Shown here: positions 1-9,631 of the stretch, piece after piece
How positions within the stretch are numbered: position 1 is the first letter of the stretch
Layout: every line of letters begins with the position of its first letter
From: Octopus sinensis
Taxonomy: Eukaryota
Assembly: GCF_006345805.1 (NCBI RefSeq)
Contig: NW_021824299.1
Coordinates: 1-19,352, forward strand
Direction: 5' to 3'
DNA length: 19,352 nt
The notes under the pieces: model-generated
What the model was told of the DNA's origin: nothing
What the model saw: the letters and a program-made list of their open reading frames with translations, nothing else
Database searches by the model: none
Translations under genes and position numbers: made by a program

Positions 1-400
1 GACTTTTGGAATATTTTGGTAACTTATTTGTTTTATTCGTCAAATTACAACAAAAGAAGCCCCGCATTCAAAGTAAAGGCCATCGTGTTGCAACATCTGA
101 AGCCACCCAAGTTCTTTGGTTCCACCATCTGAAGCCACCCAAGTTCTTTGATTCCTCGCTGGTACCAGCTCTTTTCCTTCGAGGCGAAGAGCCCCATTCA
201 CTGAATTTTTCGCCTTCTTTTGATGAATTATCGCGAGCGCAGGAAAGGGGACATGGATCAGAACGCATAATAAGGGATGCCATTGTGTGGCATTGGTTAA
301 CAAAAAGCGAGTTCTTCTGCAGTAACGCAACGCAAGATCTCGTATTGCTCGAACGACATGGGATAAGTCCAAGGAACTCGAGGGAATTGAACTGATGCCA
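1..400 (-). mobile_element. Mariner (Tc1/mariner) transposase 3' remnant, internally deleted; TIR runs off the window start
   Basis: The minus strand encodes KELGWLQMLQHDGLYFEC (mariner C-terminus; see ORF 40..372) and F*SM at 252-263. Homologous to the plus-strand copy at 452-692. The segment at about 280-330 reads VTAEE..LFVN..QW, resembling the first catalytic motif VTGDEKW(V)LYVN..RQW (weaker). Confidence 0.8.
94..157 (+). repeat. 32-bp tandem duplication inside the mariner remnant
   Basis: catctgaagccacccaagttctttggttccac (94-125) is followed directly by catctgaagccacccaagttctttgattcctc (126-157). Confidence 0.95.
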
Positions 401-416
401 CACTAATTGAACTGAT

Positions 417-706
417 AATCCGGACCTAACTCCCTCTCAGATTATTCCTTGTTCTGATCCATGGCCACTTCCCGCGTTTGTGACGCTTCACCAACCAAGA
501 GGAAATGGAACCTTCAGTGACGGAGTTGTTTGCATCGAAGGACAAGAACTGGTATCAGCGTGGAACCAAAGAACCGGCATAGAAGTGCCTTCAGACGGTG
601 CAACACAATGGTCTCTATTTTGAATGCTAAGCTGCTTCTGTTGTAACTTGACGAATAAAACAAATAAGTGACCAAAATGTTGCAAAACTTTTGACTGAAG
701 TCAATA
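417..706 (+). mobile_element. Mariner transposase 3' remnant with 3' TIR
   Basis: Reads PDLTPS/DYSLF*SMA (SPDLAPSDYHLFRSM motif), then NQEEMEPSVTELFASKDKNWYQRGTKEPA*KCLQTVQHNGLYFEC* (stop at 628-630). Ends ...aaaacttttgactgaagtcaaTA, a mariner-like terminus with TA at 705-706. Confidence 0.85.
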
Positions 707-1709
707 TTTGGTTTTCAAGATTTTTGAATGCTGTTGAACTGGAGGACAATATAAGAGATCTTCCGCGGCGAACTTCTGCAAAAAAATATTCCATGAATCT
801 TTCAAGTTGATAATTCATCGTTGACATAAAGAATGTTAGACCGAGGAGAAGTCTAAGATAAGTGTTGAATCCTCTTTATGAAGTCCGAAGAATTCATGTT
901 CCGGCCACTGTTGTTTTCAGTCATATTCTACAATGCCCATGAACCCGCATAAACACACATTCATAAAATAGAAGAAAACGTACTCAAAACTTTTGGTAAA
1001 GTTAATTTATTCGTTCTAAGCAGACGATCGTCCCTTTGCTAATCAGATTCTCTTTCTAAATGCGATCGTTCAAGCGACAAAAATGGTTAACAAACCAGTA
1101 TTATCTACTTTAACAGCAGGAAAACATCTGCTGGAATTGTTGAAATATCTTGTTGAAAGTCTTTATATTGCACTATGCCGTTTAACCTTAAATTGGTTAT
1201 TAAATGCAGCTAATTTGGGTCGGCTGACAGGAAACTACAGACCATTGTTTCTTACTTATCGATGAACGAACATTGTAAACCATAAATACTGCATAACTTA
1301 CAAGTCTTCTCTGTGTTTCAAAGTTGACATCAAACTGTCATTTATTTCAGACAAATAACAGAAATTTGACAATGCGAACAGCTAGGACGTGAAGCCAGAT
1401 TTTTAAGTCAAGAGAGCGATCATTATGGAGGAAATTGATAGCATCGTATCAAATATTTGGACAGGACATGGACGAAATAAAAAATAATAACGAGCAGTTT
1501 CTTTTTTTTTATTATTTAAGGAAAGAAATTCATAAATGGATTGTTTGTAAGAATATAACACGGAATTGGTGAAATCCTTATTGGTGGTGTCAACATATTT
1601 GAAATAATTCAATGGAACACAAGAAATATTTTGGTAATAGCCGAAAGAAAGAGATAAGTGCACTATGGATTTCTATAGAACCTCTGACACTGATGGAAGA
1701 ATGGGGGAA

Positions 1710-1772
1710 AGAGAGAGAGAGAGAGAGAGAAGAGGGGGAGAGAGAGAGAGGGAGGGAGAGAGAGAGAGAGAG
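1710..1772. repeat. (GA)n microsatellite, interrupted
   Basis: Direct reading. Confidence 0.95.
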
Positions 1773-1833
1773 TAATTAACATCGGAGCAGAAATTTAGTT
1801 CGAATACTTGCAACCCGATGGAAATCAGTGAAG

Positions 1834-1836
<3 letters not shown>

Positions 1837-1922
<86 letters not shown>

Positions 1923-1975
1923 GTACGCATACATATATATATTTATATATGCACATATGCACACATATGCATAGA
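1837..1975. repeat. (AC)n followed by (AT)n compound microsatellite
   Basis: Pure AC at 1837-1909, then an AT/CAT-rich tract. Confidence 0.95.
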
Positions 1976-1994
1976 ACCATACATACATTTTGAT

Positions 1995-2129
1995 TTTCCG
2001 ACTGTTAAGTTTCACTCACCAAGCTTATCGTAGAAGGCCCTTGTCCAAGGTACCGCATATAGTGGGATCGAACCCAGAACCACGAGAGTTTACAAGGAAC
2101 CTGATAACTATAAGGCTATAGCTGCGTCC
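1995..2129 (-). mobile_element. tRNA-derived SINE head (same family as 8945-9096), internally deleted
   Basis: The reverse complement has gtggttctgggttcgatccca (Pol III B-box), then ggtaccttggacaagggccttcta and gtgagtg...ggaaa, matching the 8945 copy. Confidence 0.75.
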
Positions 2130-2699
2130 ATTAGGCTAGAATACAGAATTAATTAAAGTATATGAAAATACCAGAAACCTATTAAAGCAAAGAAAAAAAA
2201 AGCATTTAATGCTGACAAGTCACAAAATAAGTGTTGGTTAAAAAGTACTATAAGTATCTAATCTTTGTATTTAGTCTCAATTACATAGACTTGTGCTTAG
2301 CGTTATTTTAAGACGTTTGGAAATTCCAGTGACAGAGTAATCACCAGAGCCATAATTAAGCTCGACATTGTGCGTCGGATTAGAAATGTTGAAATATATA
2401 AACATGCATGAAAGAAAGGAAAATGTTTCAGTTATGATTCGGAAGCTTAAGAGTCTGGAAGAATTAGTAGAGATTTTTTCCTGAACTGGTTAATAGCATG
2501 CGAGATGTATTTGTTCAGAGTCAGGGGTCCTTCGTCTCGATAGAGGCTGCCCACTTCTCTACACGCATACACATACATATTCCGATGTCAGGGTTATTAA
2601 ATTGTAGTATTATAAGCAATAAATATTTGCAGATGAAAAGAGTTAAGAGTCAAAACTTAAAGTCTCAGTAAACCCAATAATCACGCGCACAAATCTATC

Positions 2700-2815
2700 T
2701 GTCTGTCTGTATGTCTGTGTGTGCGTATATGTTATATGTTTGTATACACGCATATGTGCATATATGCACACAATGTTTATATATGTATGCATATATATGT
2801 ATGCATATATATGTA

Positions 2816-2858
<43 letters not shown>
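2700..2858. repeat. Compound (TG)/(TA) microsatellite
   Basis: Direct reading. Confidence 0.9.
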
Positions 2859-3056
2859 GAGAGGTATTGGTATCCAGAAGACCCAAGGTGGCAGGCAACG
2901 CTATATAAGTGCCATGGAAGGACCGTAGTTAAAATGTCGGTTCATAGACGAGTGAGGAGTCTATGAGCATGAATATGTTGAATAAAATGAAACAACATTT
3001 ATAAATGTCCTGAAAACTCCACACAGCCTTGGCTTTGTTCTTTCATTTTATTTAAC

Positions 3057-3155
3057 ACACACACATATATATATATATATATACGTGTGTGTGTGTGTGT
3101 GTGTGTGTGTATGTAAAAATATATATGTACAAACATGCGTATATATATATATATA
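3057..3155. repeat. Compound (AC)/(TA)/(TG) microsatellite abutting the PLE 5' junction
   Basis: Direct reading. Confidence 0.9.
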
Positions 3156-3159
3156 CCAC

Positions 3160-4480
3160 ACCAATAGATATAATGTCTTTGCACCGACTATTTTTTGAGT
3201 CGTTGTACACTTTCGGCATCTACCGAGGCAACGGACTCTTGATTTTGAATAAGTGCATCACAAGTGTTATTGAAAGGATTCAGGAAAAAGCTTCAAAATT
3301 TCATCAAGAATCTAGCATTTCAAATCATCGTTGGAACGCACCTCTTAAATGCTAAATTTCTTTGTGGAACCTTATCTCTCAAATTCGTGTTATTAACCAT
3401 ATCATAAACCGAAAGAATCCTTTAATTACATCCAGAAGCACTCCAACCACCCGAGAAATATGATTAACTATCTAATACAAAATATATCCCTCTGAGTATC
3501 AGGTCCACCACAAAAATATTGGGGGAAAAGACACTATAGAGTTTTGCATCCATGGGGTTTCTTCTTTGCTATGGTATTGAACAAGTATTAAATGTTTAAT
3601 AACATAATTATATAAACATAGAAATTATATAAACATAGAAAATTGCTCACACCTTTTTCAATCCTCACTCCCTCACCTGTGAGACATGCATTCTATGAGA
3701 TACAATGACTTAAAATATTTCAACATTCCGCAAATGGACACATTTCTCTTAATGCATCACAACACTACAATGTTTTAATCAGGAATGGTTTCAAAGGAGA
3801 AAATATTTCATACAAACTATTGCCCTTCTAAAAGAAACATTAGGGATAAAGAAACGCTTACTGGATCACACTCCTCTTCATTATCACAATAGTTAGCTCA
3901 ACAGGTTACATTTTCTTTAAACTCATTAATAATAATTTTGCATTACGCCTTACACCACTAGATATTTATTAAGTACACTATTAAGATATCGTACATTGCT
4001 GATCCGAACTTACGTAAAGCTTCTAAACTCAATATGCTTAACACATTCAATAATCAACAGCAAACCAGCCTCTGTCCAACACAAATATCAAAGTCTGACC
4101 TTTTGAATTACAATAGTTTGGCTAAGGATTTCGTTTATCACTACGCTGCTAATATTAGCAATACCTTTAGAATTTATATAGGCATAGCTTCAAACTAGTT
4201 TAAGTATAGATTTAATTCTCACACGTACGCGTTTAGAAAACCTAGCTGCTTCCAAACATCACAAGCTCCACCTGTATAATTTCGTGTTCCCCGAAAACAT
4301 CAAGACTATATTACCTGAAATGGACTAATTTATCTAAGGTTACATCATACATAGAAAATAATAAACTTAGCAATTCATGTACTAGTGAAAGTTAAGATGA
4401 TCTTTTGAATGCATAAACATCTTACGACTTACAAATACTGTCAATCAACCACTTATCCAAACCATTCTCAACGCTTCATT
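3160..4480 (+). mobile_element. Decayed, 5'-truncated Penelope-like retroelement (RT C-terminal half plus GIY-YIG endonuclease), probably Naiad-like
   Basis: FGIYRGNGL at 3212-3238 (GLYRDDGL with each Asp codon one base changed). Across frameshifts: FIKNLAFQIIVGTHLLNAKFLCGTLSL, PYHKPKESFNYIQKHSNHPRNMI (3390-3465), TGYIFFKLINNNF, TIKISYIADPN, KDFVYHYAANISNTFRIYIGIASN*FKYRFNSHTYAFRK (YIG at 4175-4183) and LKWTNLSKVTSYIENNKLSNSCTSES (decayed CxxC..EK). The motif order is colinear with PLE RT-thumb-linker-GIY-YIG. Confidence 0.85.
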
Positions 4481-4839
4481 ATCGTGACGTATCAGCCTAC
4501 AAGTTGCTACTTTTCCGATTTATCGAAACATGTTAAACCTATCGAAACCATTAATAATATTTTCGATCATTTAAGTAATCTATCTTACGTCCAACCTTTA
4601 TGAGATTTGTAGGGATGGGATTGTTAATGTATGCGATTCTAGAGGAGTTTGTATATGCTTTTGTTGTTGCTATGTATGTTAATGTACGCGTAGTCGTAAA
4701 TGTATTGACGGAAATTATCGAAATTTCAATGATGTCAGGTCACCGGCTAACGAGGGGCTTGACACATTTGCGACTGTCGTGCTTTCATTTTTCTAGAGAT
4801 TTTCTTTGTCATCCCTCTGTACCTCCGTTTCATGCGTAT

Positions 4840-5335
<496 letters not shown>

Positions 5336-5837
5336 TAGATATGCATTTAACCAGAAACTAACTCACCTCCTCAAACAAGAAAGCGATTGTTGTATATCTG
5401 ACTTTCACCTCTCGCTTCTCTACACCATCAATGTCTCTGTTTTAATGGCGATTTTCTTTGTTGTATTTTGCGCTTGCGTACGTTCCTCTACTTTCACTTT
5501 CGCTTCCTTCGATTTAACGGTAATACCAATTGCTACTTCTCCCTCAGTTAATCATATCAGATAAATAACTAACAACCATTAATACTCGCATTCTCTTCCC
5601 AAACAAATTGTATGTCTCTGTATCTATTTACCTCCCACCAGTATTTTAAGGCTGTTTTTGTCATTGTTTTATGCTTTGTCTACTATTTTTTTTTGTTTCT
5701 GTGTATATTTTTTGGTTCTTCTTTCGTTCTTCCCCCATTTCCACATATTCCTAAAACGTTTATTTTCCATTGTCTTCAGGCCATCGGTGAAACGAGATAA
5801 CAATTTTGTAGGAGTCAATTTCAGCAAATGAAATACG

Positions 5838-5860
5838 ATATATATATATATGCATATTAT

Positions 5861-5914
<54 letters not shown>

Positions 5915-6015
5915 TATATATATAGTTATATATATATATATATGTATATATATATACATATATATATATGTGTGTGTATATATGTGTGTATATATATATG
6001 TGTGTGTGTGTGTGC
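5838..6015. repeat. (TA)n then (TG)n microsatellite
   Basis: Direct reading. Confidence 0.9.
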
Positions 6016-6239
6016 ACTGACATACTCATAGACGCTCACTAACCTACCATACTCGTGTTCACACAACCCATCTAAGAATATAACAATTTTATACGCTCCC
6101 ACATCTTCCTACATCCAATTAACTGACACCACCAAATTTATACACCTACTCATATTTATAGGCATCCACACATTCCACCAAATATACACTTCCAGATACA
6201 CAAATACCAATACGATATGTATTTATGCACACAACCCCT

Positions 6240-6469
6240 TCCTTTCCTGAATTCTTCTCTTAAAACGGCATTCACTTTGATTTTTCCCTTCATTTTCTCT
6301 ACTTTTTGTTTATTTCTTTCTGTTTTCCCCTCCTTAAATGTTAAAATGTTTTCACTACATACTCAGTTTCCTTTCTCCTTTTTCCTGAATGTTTCTATTT
6401 TTATTCTGACGCAAGACTAACGTACGAAACGTTAAAACGCTACTTTTCTATTTCTCAGACTTCAAACTA
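6240..6469 (+). mobile_element. Hammerhead-motif-bearing short repeat (PLE-derived?), degenerate, interrupted by a mariner
   Basis: Pyrimidine-rich leader, then CTGACG(c)A-A-GAC-taac-GT(a)C-GAAAC-GTT at 6406-6433. The downstream tttctcagacttcaaacTA resembles ttctagagcgttaaacTAataca of the 7090 copy. Confidence 0.5.
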
Positions 6470-7090
6470 TCAGGTCATCCTATAAGTTCTGTCCGATTTT
6501 ACCTTTTTTAAAATCGAATGAAATTTAATAGTATTTTAGAATGTCTAATGGAATTAAAAATTATTTTTATGCATTTGTGTACATTTAAACTAATTAAATA
6601 TTATTTTACAGAATAATAGAATTAAAATTTCTTTGATTAAAACCATTTCTAATACGGAAGTATCCAAAGAGCATAATGCTTTATGAGTACAAAAAGGAAA
6701 CTCTGCAGCCGAAGCGACTCGAAACATACACTCAATTTATGGGAAAGAATGCTTGAATGAAAGAACTTGGAGAAGATGGTTTGCAAAATTCAGAAGTGGA
6801 GATTTCAGCCTTGAAGATGAAGATCGAACAGGACGTCCAGTTGAGTTTGATGATAAGCTCCTTGAGGCATTACTTAAAGAAAATCCTGAATTATCAGTTG
6901 AAGAATTGGCAATAAAGCTTAGTTCAAACCATGCAACTGTTTATCTTCTTCAACAACTTGGAAAGATTCCTAAACTTGGAAAATGGGTGCCTCATGAATT
7001 GTCCGAAAGCAACCGCAAATCCCGAGTTGACATCTGCTCTTCTCTCCATCCTCGCGAACTCATTTCACCCTTTTTGGATAGACATGTGAC
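6470..7090 (+). mobile_element. Mariner element, 5' half (5' TIR, HTH DNA-binding domain, up to the first catalytic motif)
   Basis: TA at 6468-6469, then TIR-like tcaggtcatcctataagttctgtccgatttt. Transposase from about 6654 (ACG in place of ATG): MLYEY..NSAAEATRNIHSIYGKECLNERTWRRWFAKFRSGDFSLEDEDRTGRP...GKWVPHELSESNRKSRVDICSSL...PFLDR.VT. WVPHEL is the mariner signature. Confidence 0.93.
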
Positions 7091-7207
7091 CGTCGGAGAG
7101 CATTTGCTCGAAACGTCAAAGATTTTCATTCTTCTAGAGCGTTAAACTAATACACCTGCCTGTTGTCCCCTCACATGCCGTCATCTTGTTTTCTGTAAAT
7201 TTGACCT
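7090..7207 (+). mobile_element. Hammerhead-motif-bearing short repeat, 3' part
   Basis: ccgtcgga-GAGC-attt-GCTC-GAAAC-GTC-aaaga (7090-7122). The 3' flank (actaatacacctg...cacatgccgtcatctt) aligns with the reverse complement of 9400-9497. Followed by (CATA)/(TA)n. Confidence 0.75.
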
Positions 7208-7209
7208 AC

Positions 7210-7247
<38 letters not shown>

Positions 7248-7273
7248 TATTATATATATATAATATTATATAT

Positions 7274-7326
<53 letters not shown>

Positions 7327-7341
7327 ATATATATATATAAT

Positions 7342-7375
<34 letters not shown>

Positions 7376-7432
7376 TGCGTGTGTGTCTATATATACATGA
7401 GTGTGTATGTATCTGAGTCTGTGTGTGTATGT
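7208..7432. repeat. Compound (CATA)/(TA)/(TG) microsatellite
   Basis: Direct reading. Confidence 0.9.
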
Positions 7433-7746
7433 GTGTATAGACTATAAACCAAAGGAGAATTACGAGTGTTCTTTAACAAGCACTAAAACACACCATTTTC
7501 CTGGGATTTATTCGCATTAGTCTCGGCTTATCTCAAGGGGATATTTCGTTGCTAACGTCTAGCCTCATTAATCTGTTTAAGCAACATCTAAGCTGAGCGA
7601 CATCGCAATATCAAATACGAATTGTAGTAGAAACGAAACTTAGTGTTTCATTGAGAAATTTCCGACTGTAACTTTTATATATTCTAATTACATGTAAATT
7701 ATATTTCAATAATAAACGCTACTTAAGGCATTTCCCTTCAACATGT

Positions 7747-7853
7747 GCGGGCGTAGTTGCGTAGCTAAAAAGTTGGATCTGCAACTACCAGGTTTCAATC
7801 TCATAGCTTTAAGCAAGAGTCTTCTGCCAGAGCTTCGAAATGACCAAAGCTTT
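7747..7853 (+). mobile_element. Degenerate tRNA-derived SINE head
   Basis: gcgggcgtagttgcgtagctaaaaagtt...aggtttcaatctca...ttaagcaagagtcttctg...gaccaaagc is colinear with the 8945 SINE. Confidence 0.6.
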
Positions 7854-8002
7854 TTTATTAAATTTGGTTGGCGAAAATTGAATAAAACGCCATCTTTGGG
7901 ATCATTTCTGTTACTGGATGATAGGCTTCGTCTGTCGTCTGTTTGAACATCACCATACGATCCTTGAATGCTTTAAGTAAAGAGCTCTCATTCGAGTATT
8001 CA

Positions 8003-8093
8003 AGCTGTATCCCCAGTTTGGGGATAACTTTCTCCCTCTCTCCCTTTTCAGCTGTATCCCCAGTTTGGGGATAACTTTCTCCCTCTCTCCCTT
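8003..8093 (+). repeat. Perfect 44-bp direct repeat (period 47), each unit carrying a hairpin
   Basis: agctgtatccccagtttggggataactttctccctctctccctt occurs at 8003-8046 and 8050-8093. Internal stem tatcccca-gtt-tggggata. Confidence 0.95.
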
Positions 8094-8602
8094 CCACCCT
8101 CCAAAGTCAGAGAACCTGGATGCCCTCCTCTCTCTTTTGTCCAATTCAATAAAAAAAAAAGAAGTGGGAAGAAAAGATCAAAAGAAAATTTGTAATTGAT
8201 ATGACGTCGGTAGGTATCAGACGGGCAAAAATATACGGAAATAACAATAACGTAAACCGTTCCTCGCAAGAGTCTGAATATTAACATTTAAACAATTGAT
8301 AATGTTACTTACGATGCATTTAGATCGCTGTTATTAATAAAGTACATTTTGTTGTTGTTGTAATACTTAGTGTTTGCCATGAATTATTTATTTAATATGG
8401 CGTCTAATTGGTGACGTTTCTATTGTTTAACGTCTTCAACTCTAAACTGCTTTCCTTGTCCATGAACAAACAACCGGACCTTATGGCTGCTACATTAAAA
8501 GACGACAGACAATTCACTGTGGAACTCTTTTGTGTTGCATATGTCATATGTTCATATGAAACACTAACCTTAATTCTCCGATCCAACGAAAGAAGACGCT
8601 AT

Positions 8603-8668
8603 AAGGGTTTACGGCCTGTTAGACATAGCAACCAAAATTTCCTTCAGATCACACCATACTGTTTTAAA
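8603..8668 (+). mobile_element. Fragment of an interspersed repeat also present at 18760-18939
   Basis: gtttacggcctgttagacatagcaaccaaaatttcc versus gtttacagcctgctagacatagtaacaaaatctcc. Confidence 0.7.
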
Positions 8669-8944
8669 TATAAATTTACACATTACCTAATATAGAAACT
8701 TTGCACCAATGAGCAGAAAGTGTTATGAATACATTATCGTCGTAAAAGGTAAAGTTATTCTCCTGTGACATACACAACAGCGATTAGCATATTTTGTGCT
8801 CGATTCAGCTGGAACGTGTTAAGAATATATATGTAAGTCATCGCTTCAGATCTCGTAGTTTAGTGTGAAAATAACGATTCATTTTCATATGGCAGATATC
8901 AGCACTAATCATGAAACAGCATTTTTGCTACAATCATGAACAGA

Positions 8945-9096
8945 GGTGGCTGTGTAATGAGAAATTTGGTTCCCAAACACATGGTTCCGGGTTCAATCCT
9001 ACCGCGTCACATCAAGGGCAAGTATTTTCAACTATAACCTCGGGTTGACCAAAGTATTGTGATTTGGTAGAGGGAAACTGTAAGAAGCCCGTTGTA
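8945..9096 (+). mobile_element. tRNA-derived SINE 5' half followed by (TA)n
   Basis: ggtggctgtgtaatgaga (A-box-like), atggttccgggttcaatcct (B-box GGTTCAATCC), then gggcaagtattttc...gaccaaag...gatttggtagagggaaactgtaagaagcccgttg. Matches an abundant octopus SINE as I recall it. Confidence 0.8.
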
Positions 9097-9235
9097 TATA
9101 TATATATATATAATCTAGTAGCTCTACGTCGGCAAGACTTAAAACGTTGGATATTCTACTCCTCGCGGCAAGTTCACTGTAGCCCTTTCACTTTATATAT
9201 ATATATATATATGTTCTTTTATTCTTTTATTCTTT

Positions 9236-9278
9236 GTATTTGTTTCAGCAATGCGGCTGCGGTCACACTGGAGCACCA
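9236..9278 (-). repeat. Left arm of a perfect 43-bp inverted repeat (SINE 3'-tail-like)
   Basis: gtatttgtttcagcaatgcggctgcggtcacactggagcacca is the exact reverse complement of 9631-9673. It is preceded by (ttcttta)-type tail repeats. Confidence 0.95.
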
Positions 9279-9282
9279 TATA

Positions 9283-9314
<32 letters not shown>

Positions 9315-9399
9315 TATGTATGTATCTATATACACACATACACACATATATATATATATGTATGTATGGATGGATGGATGTATATATATATATATATAT

Positions 9400-9600
9400 A
9401 ACGGGAAGCTTTATGAAAATAAACAAAAGACGAAGGCAGGTGGATCACAAACAAACAGTTGTATTAGTATGGCGATCAGGAATATAAATAAAACAAGTCT
9501 TTTACGTTTCGAGCCTACGCTCTTCGACAGAAAGATACACAGAAAAGAAACACGGAAAGAAACAAGGAGAGAAAAAGAATGCGTGCAGAAGCTAGCGAAT

Positions 9601-9607
<7 letters not shown>
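9400..9607 (-). mobile_element. Hammerhead-motif-bearing short repeat flanked by (TA)n on both sides
   Basis: About 205 bp of non-microsatellite sequence between TA tracts, homologous to 7090-7207 and 14832-14910. Confidence 0.8.
9498..9535 (-). ncRNA. Minimal type I hammerhead ribozyme motif (variant core)
   Basis: Reverse complement: UCUUU-CUGUCGA-A-GAGC-guag-GCUC-GAAA-C-GUA-AAAGA. Helix I is 5 bp (UCUUU/AAAGA), helix II is 4 bp, GAAA is present, the ACGU palindrome replaces helix III, and the cleavage triplet is GUA. Position 6 is U instead of the canonical A. Confidence 0.65.

Positions 9608-9630
<23 letters not shown>

Positions 9631-9631
<1 letters not shown>

Noticed and set aside
740-880. 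Minus-strand ILYVND...IFFAE, resembling CR1/L2 RT motifs (LYVNDL...FADD)
   Set aside because: It needs several frameshifts, the QG motif is unconvincing, and there is no flanking RT similarity.
4728-4768. Hairpin aatg-a-tgtcaggtc...ggcttgaca-catt starting with ATGA and with AA in the loop, considered as a SECIS for the PLE
   Set aside because: The 3' GA is not in register to form the tandem G.A quartet with the 5' UGA, and helix II fails to pair in the SECIS register.
5340-5830. Unique segment between TA tracts with LL(N)KKSE-like codons and gccatcggtGAAACgag, considered as a PLE 3' end with a hammerhead
   Set aside because: No CUGANGA core and no GUH triplet; the peptide similarity is too short. 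It may still be a decayed PLE end.
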